From assembly GCA_965200875.1 (NCBI GenBank), contig OZ241456.1:1216001-1280000 (forward strand): 64,000 bases of DNA. Direction: 5' to 3'. Below, piece by piece: positions 59,795-64,000 of this stretch. How positions within the stretch are numbered: the first letter of the stretch is position 1; each line of letters begins with the position of its first letter. The notes under the pieces were generated by a model. That model saw only the letters and a list, made by a program, of their open reading frames with translations, searched no databases and was not told where the DNA came from. Position numbers and translations under genes: made by a program. Origin of the DNA: Bdellovibrionales bacterium. Its GTDB lineage: Bacteria > Bdellovibrionota > Bdellovibrionia > Bdellovibrionales > UBA1609.

Positions 59795-60367
59795 ATGAGA
59801 TTATCCAAGAATAAAACAGGATTTTCGCTGATTGAATTGCTTGTCGGGCTGATGATACTGGGTATCCTGTCCGGGATTGCTACTATTTCTTATAATAGCT
59901 ACAAAGTCAGTATAGCTAAAAAAGATATGAAAATGTCAGCAGAGTTTTTTGTCTCTGCTGTTCAAAATTGTATTACTGCATCGGGCGGATGGTCAATAAC
60001 CCCACCGGGCGGTGGCACACCAGTTTTACCGTGCAAGGCTACGGATTCCAATCAAGAGCAATTAAAGATCTACTTAAAACAAAAACTGAATTATAACTGT
60101 CCAGCGGACGCAACTTGCAACACACTTGCCAGATCAACCACCCTTGATTCAAGATTTAGATATTATTGTCTTAGCATTGAGAAAGAAGTATCAGGGAAAA
60201 AACTTCAGATTTTTATGCGCATACCTTATGAAAATCCTAGTGATTATCAATTATTTTGTAATGACCCAGACAGTGATTTATCTGCTTATAAAAGATTACA
60301 TGAACCAACCTGTGAAAAAGGAGATCATGCAATGACAGGGTTCATAAACCCCTGCCCTTGGAAATAA
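59795..60367 (+). CDS. Type IV pilin-like protein
   Basis: Prepilin site G|FSLIELL; multiple C-terminal Cys. Confidence 0.88.
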   Translation: MRLSKNKTGFSLIELLVGLMILGILSGIATISYNSYKVSIAKKDMKMSAEFFVSAVQNCITASGGWSITPPGGGTPVLPCKATDSNQEQLKIYLKQKLNYNCPADATCNTLARSTTLDSRFRYYCLSIEKEVSGKKLQIFMRIPYENPSDYQLFCNDPDSDLSAYKRLHEPTCEKGDHAMTGFINPCPWK

Positions 60368-60533
60368 AAACAGTTACAAACAAAGTCGGATTAACCTCAC
60401 TTTTCCTTGCTATGAAAAAAAACCGCCATAAATTGCTTATGGTTTCTTTTTTTGCCATATTCTTTTTCTGTAATATGACAAAGGGCAGAAATTAAGTTGT
60501 CCTGTCTCTCCTGAAAAGCTATGATAAGCCATT

Positions 60534-62228
60534 ATGGATCTTCAAAACTATGAATCTCTTATTTTAAAATCCAGCACTTTGAGCGAAGCTCAATTACAGA
60601 CGATTTTGCGCTCCAAAAATAAAAGAGGCATTAGTCTTCAACAAGCTTTGGAAAAACGAAAAAAAGATTTTGCGGATGAAGAGTCAGCTTTGTCTTTTCT
60701 GTGTCAGCACCTGCAAGTACCTTTTATAAAAGAAATCCCTGTGCAGGACATAACAGAAGACTTAATTCAACATTTTCCCATCAGCTACGCCAGAACAAAC
60801 ACGATTTTGCCTTTTAAATCAGAAGAACATGTGATTCATGTTCTCAGTGCCAATCCGCTTAATTTACAGGTTTTTGCGGACTTAAAATTAAAATTTAAAA
60901 AGGAAGTTCGTCCTGTTATCAGTGTGGGTTCCAAAGTGCAATCCGCCATCAACAGTGTTTATGAAAGAAGTTCAGGCGAGCTGGATGAATTTGCCGACAT
61001 CAGCAAAGAAGACTACGACCTAGAAAGCACTGTTATTGATCTCCTAGACACAGAAGATTCTGCACCAGTTATTAAATTGGTGAATACCCTACTTTTTAAA
61101 GCTGTTAAAGAGAGAGCTTCCGATATCCACATCGAACCTTACGAAAAAGAACTGATAGTGCGATTTAGAGTGGATGGTGCATTGTATCCTGTATTTAAAC
61201 CTCCAAAAAGTCTGCAAAATGCCATTATCTCCAGAATAAAAATTATGGCTGATCTCAATATAGCGGAAAAAAGACTTCCCCAAGATGGAAGAATCCACCT
61301 GAGACTGGCAGGCAAGGATATTGATATTCGGCTAAGCTCTATTCCCACTTCCTTTGGAGAAAGACTGGTGCTTCGTCTGCAAGACCGCACTCAGCTACTT
61401 CTTGGACTGGATGAACTGGGCTTTTCCAAAAAAAATTTAAAAGATTTTAATAGTCTATTGGATAAAAGTTATGGAATTATTCTGATTACCGGGCCAACAG
61501 GAAGTGGAAAATCCACCACATTATACGCCGCTCTCAGTCAGGTTAACTCTGTAGATCAAAACATTATTACAGTGGAAGATCCTGTGGAAAGACGCATTAA
61601 GGGAATTGGACAAATTCAGGTTAACTCAAAAATTGGTTTAACATTCGCCAGTGGACTTCGTTCCATATTGCGTCAAGACCCTGACACTATCATGGTTGGA
61701 GAAATTCGAGACATTGAGACCATGAAAATTGCCATTAATGCTTCTTTGACAGGCCACCTCGTTCTCTCCACAATACATACAAATGACTCCGCTTCTGTTT
61801 TTCCTCGTTTAATTGACATGGGAGGAGAACCTTTTTTAATTGCCACTTCCATCTTAGGTGTTATGGGTCAGCGTCTGGTGAGAGTGCTCTGCCCTGATTG
61901 TCGCCATGCACAAAGTATTTCCAAACAAGATCTTAAGTTTCTGACAAGTGAAGACCCGGATATAAAATTGCCGACAAAAATATTTAAAGCAAAAGGGTGT
62001 AAAAACTGTGATTTTAAAGGTTATACAGGCAGAACCATGATACAGGAAATATTGGTAATGGACGAAGATATCCGCACACTTATCATGAATCAAAAAGACA
62101 GCCACACCATTAAAAAAACAGCCATCAAAAAAGGTATGGTGACTTTCCGGCAAAACGGTATAGAAAAAATCTGCAAAGGTGTTACAACAGTGGAAGAAGT
62201 TTTACACAACACACAGCTGGATGCTTGA
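60534..62228 (+). CDS. gspE: Type II secretion ATPase GspE
   Basis: ASDIHIEP, GPTGSGKSTT, LRQDPD, CPDC..CKNC. Confidence 0.93.
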   Translation: MDLQNYESLILKSSTLSEAQLQTILRSKNKRGISLQQALEKRKKDFADEESALSFLCQHLQVPFIKEIPVQDITEDLIQHFPISYARTNTILPFKSEEHVIHVLSANPLNLQVFADLKLKFKKEVRPVISVGSKVQSAINSVYERSSGELDEFADISKEDYDLESTVIDLLDTEDSAPVIKLVNTLLFKAVKERASDIHIEPYEKELIVRFRVDGALYPVFKPPKSLQNAIISRIKIMADLNIAEKRLPQDGRIHLRLAGKDIDIRLSSIPTSFGERLVLRLQDRTQLLLGLDELGFSKKNLKDFNSLLDKSYGIILITGPTGSGKSTTLYAALSQVNSVDQNIITVEDPVERRIKGIGQIQVNSKIGLTFASGLRSILRQDPDTIMVGEIRDIETMKIAINASLTGHLVLSTIHTNDSASVFPRLIDMGGEPFLIATSILGVMGQRLVRVLCPDCRHAQSISKQDLKFLTSEDPDIKLPTKIFKAKGCKNCDFKGYTGRTMIQEILVMDEDIRTLIMNQKDSHTIKKTAIKKGMVTFRQNGIEKICKGVTTVEEVLHNTQLDA

Positions 62229-62242
62229 GCTAAAGGAATAAT

Positions 62243-63451
62243 ATGCCGGTATTTGAATATAAAGGCACAACCGCCGAAGGTAAACAAACAAATGGAACAA
62301 TACAAGCGGATAACCTGCAGAAAGCCAAAGCACAATTAAAAAAAGATAACATTTTTTTGTTTGATCTTAAAAACAAAGCAGAGAAAAAAAAAGATATCCC
62401 AACATTGCTCTCCAGCAAACGAGTGGATATAAAAAACCTGTGTATTATGACGCGATCACTGGCCACCTTAATTAAATCCAATGTACCTTTAGTGGATTCC
62501 CTCACTACTCTCACCAAACAAATTTCGCATCCTGTTCTCACTCCTGCCTTAATCCAAATACGAAACCAGGTCAACGAGGGAGAGCCTTTCCATAAAGTTT
62601 TAAGCCAATATCCTAGGATTTTTAACACCACTTATATATCCATGTGCAAAGCGGGAGAAAATTCCGGCACACTGGATATTATACTTTTAAAATTAGCTGA
62701 ATTTACAGAAAATCAGGCAGAACTGACTAATAAAATACGATCTGCTTTAGCCTATCCAACTCTTATGATATTTTTTACTTTTAGTATGGTTTTGTTTTTG
62801 TTTACATATGTCATACCAAAAATCACAACCCTGTTTGAAGATGAAAACACCATCCCTTGGCACACAAGTCTGATAATGGCCACAAGCCAATACATCATTA
62901 ACTCATGGCTCCAGCTGATTATAGCCACTGTCGCTCTCCTGTTTTTTATGTACCGATGGACAAAAACACAAAAAGGCAGACAGAAAATAGACACGCTGTT
63001 ACTTCAATTCCCCATTATTGGAAAAATTATCCGTGCTACAGCCATTTCCCGTTTTAGCCGAACTCTGGCTACCCTTCTAAAAGGAGGAGTGCCCATGTTA
63101 CAGGCAATGGATATTGTACAAAATGTAGCCAATAATATTGTGCTTAAAAAAGCCATCCAGTCAGCTCAAGCAAATATTCGGGAAGGAGAACCCATTGCGC
63201 GCCCTTTGCAGGAATCCGGGCAATTCCCCCCTATGACTATTCAAATGATAAAAATAGGTGAAAAAACTGGAGAATTAGAGGATATGCTTGTGAAAATCAG
63301 TGATACTTATGATTTTCAGGTTAATACAGAGGTAAACACCTTAACTTCCCTGCTGGCACCAATCATGATAATCATCATGGGAGGAACTGTGGGTTTTATT
63401 GTGTTTTCCGTAATAACCCCAATTATGGAAATGTACCAAAGTGTAAAATAG
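62243..63451 (+). CDS. gspF: Type II secretion inner-membrane protein GspF
   Basis: Duplicated GspF domains AGENSGTL and IGEKTGEL; between gspE and gspG. Confidence 0.92.
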   Translation: MPVFEYKGTTAEGKQTNGTIQADNLQKAKAQLKKDNIFLFDLKNKAEKKKDIPTLLSSKRVDIKNLCIMTRSLATLIKSNVPLVDSLTTLTKQISHPVLTPALIQIRNQVNEGEPFHKVLSQYPRIFNTTYISMCKAGENSGTLDIILLKLAEFTENQAELTNKIRSALAYPTLMIFFTFSMVLFLFTYVIPKITTLFEDENTIPWHTSLIMATSQYIINSWLQLIIATVALLFFMYRWTKTQKGRQKIDTLLLQFPIIGKIIRATAISRFSRTLATLLKGGVPMLQAMDIVQNVANNIVLKKAIQSAQANIREGEPIARPLQESGQFPPMTIQMIKIGEKTGELEDMLVKISDTYDFQVNTEVNTLTSLLAPIMIIIMGGTVGFIVFSVITPIMEMYQSVK

Positions 63452-63582
63452 CCAAATAAGTTTTATTTTTCCCTGATTTTTGCCACGATTTTGCTTTTAC
63501 AATGAACCCACTTGAATTTTTAATTTTTTCATTTATTCTGACAAAAAAACATTGCTTTCCGAAAAAGTAAGGAGGAGAAAAA

Positions 63583-64000
63583 ATGTTATTTATACAGTTA
63601 ATCAACAGGAAAAAGGCCACATTTCCAAAATACTTGTACCACCGTGGAGGCCAAAAACTCCCGGCAGAAGGAAAAAAAGGCACAAATAATGTTAAAGGAT
63701 TCAGCTTGATGGAGATAATGATCGCCATGATTCTCGTGGTGGGAGTAATCTCCGGTCTTGTTTATGCGTTCAAGCCTGAATTATCCAAAGGCAAAATGCG
63801 ACAAGCTCGCATTACAATCAGTCAATTATCTCAAGCCCTTGACAGTTTTTATCTGGATTGCAATTTTTATCCTTCCAATGCAGAGGGTCTGGAAGCGTTG
63901 GTAGCCGCTCCTCAAAAATGTGAGTCATGGGGACCGAAACCTTACTTGAAAAAAGGAAAAATACCTAAAGATCCTTGGAGCAATGATTTCATATATGAAT
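63583..64000 (+). CDS. gspG: Major pseudopilin GspG (runs off window)
   Basis: AAGGAGG RBS; G|FSLMEIM; ALDSFYLDCNFYP...GLEALV...WG..YL...PKDPW. Confidence 0.9.
   Translation, partial: MLFIQLINRKKATFPKYLYHRGGQKLPAEGKKGTNNVKGFSLMEIMIAMILVVGVISGLVYAFKPELSKGKMRQARITISQLSQALDSFYLDCNFYPSNAEGLEALVAAPQKCESWGPKPYLKKGKIPKDPWSNDFIYE

Noticed and set aside
63478..63497. Sigma54-like site before gspG
   Set aside because: Reads TGCCAC rather than TGGCAC; the invariant GG is missing

Overview
AT-rich bacterial chromosome segment. The gene content and hypothetical-protein style suggest a Bdellovibrionota-like organism (inference, not verified). The housekeeping backbone is nusA-rimP, zapA/5-FCL/rny/tyrS, guaB/miaB, mscS, sucA, tRNA-Lys/tRNA-Glu and gspEFG. 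It is interrupted by four accessory zones. (1) Rpn (PD-(D/E)XK) nuclease genes and fragments, with internal ribosome-binding sites that suggest intragenic antitoxins. (2) Two oppositely oriented, mosaic arrays of secreted pentapeptide-repeat genes built from shared N- and C-terminal modules; both lie next to Rpn sequence. (3) A five-gene operon joining a bacterial ubiquitin-like conjugation module (tandem Ubl, E2 with a Ser at the presumed catalytic site, JAB-E1 fusion) to an ABC-type ATPase and a PIN-like protein. (4) A defence island after the tRNAs, containing an IS3-disrupted methyltransferase/TRD gene, a HigBA-like TA pair, TIR+caspase (type IV Thoeris-like), Sir2-HerA and HTH-ImmA+PIN. 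A short inverted-repeat element family, apparently IS5-derived, punctuates the island. Other oddities are an RNase Y with a degenerate HD metal site and a mirror-image pair of paralogous two-gene envelope operons. All calls come from reading motifs by eye; no database search was run.
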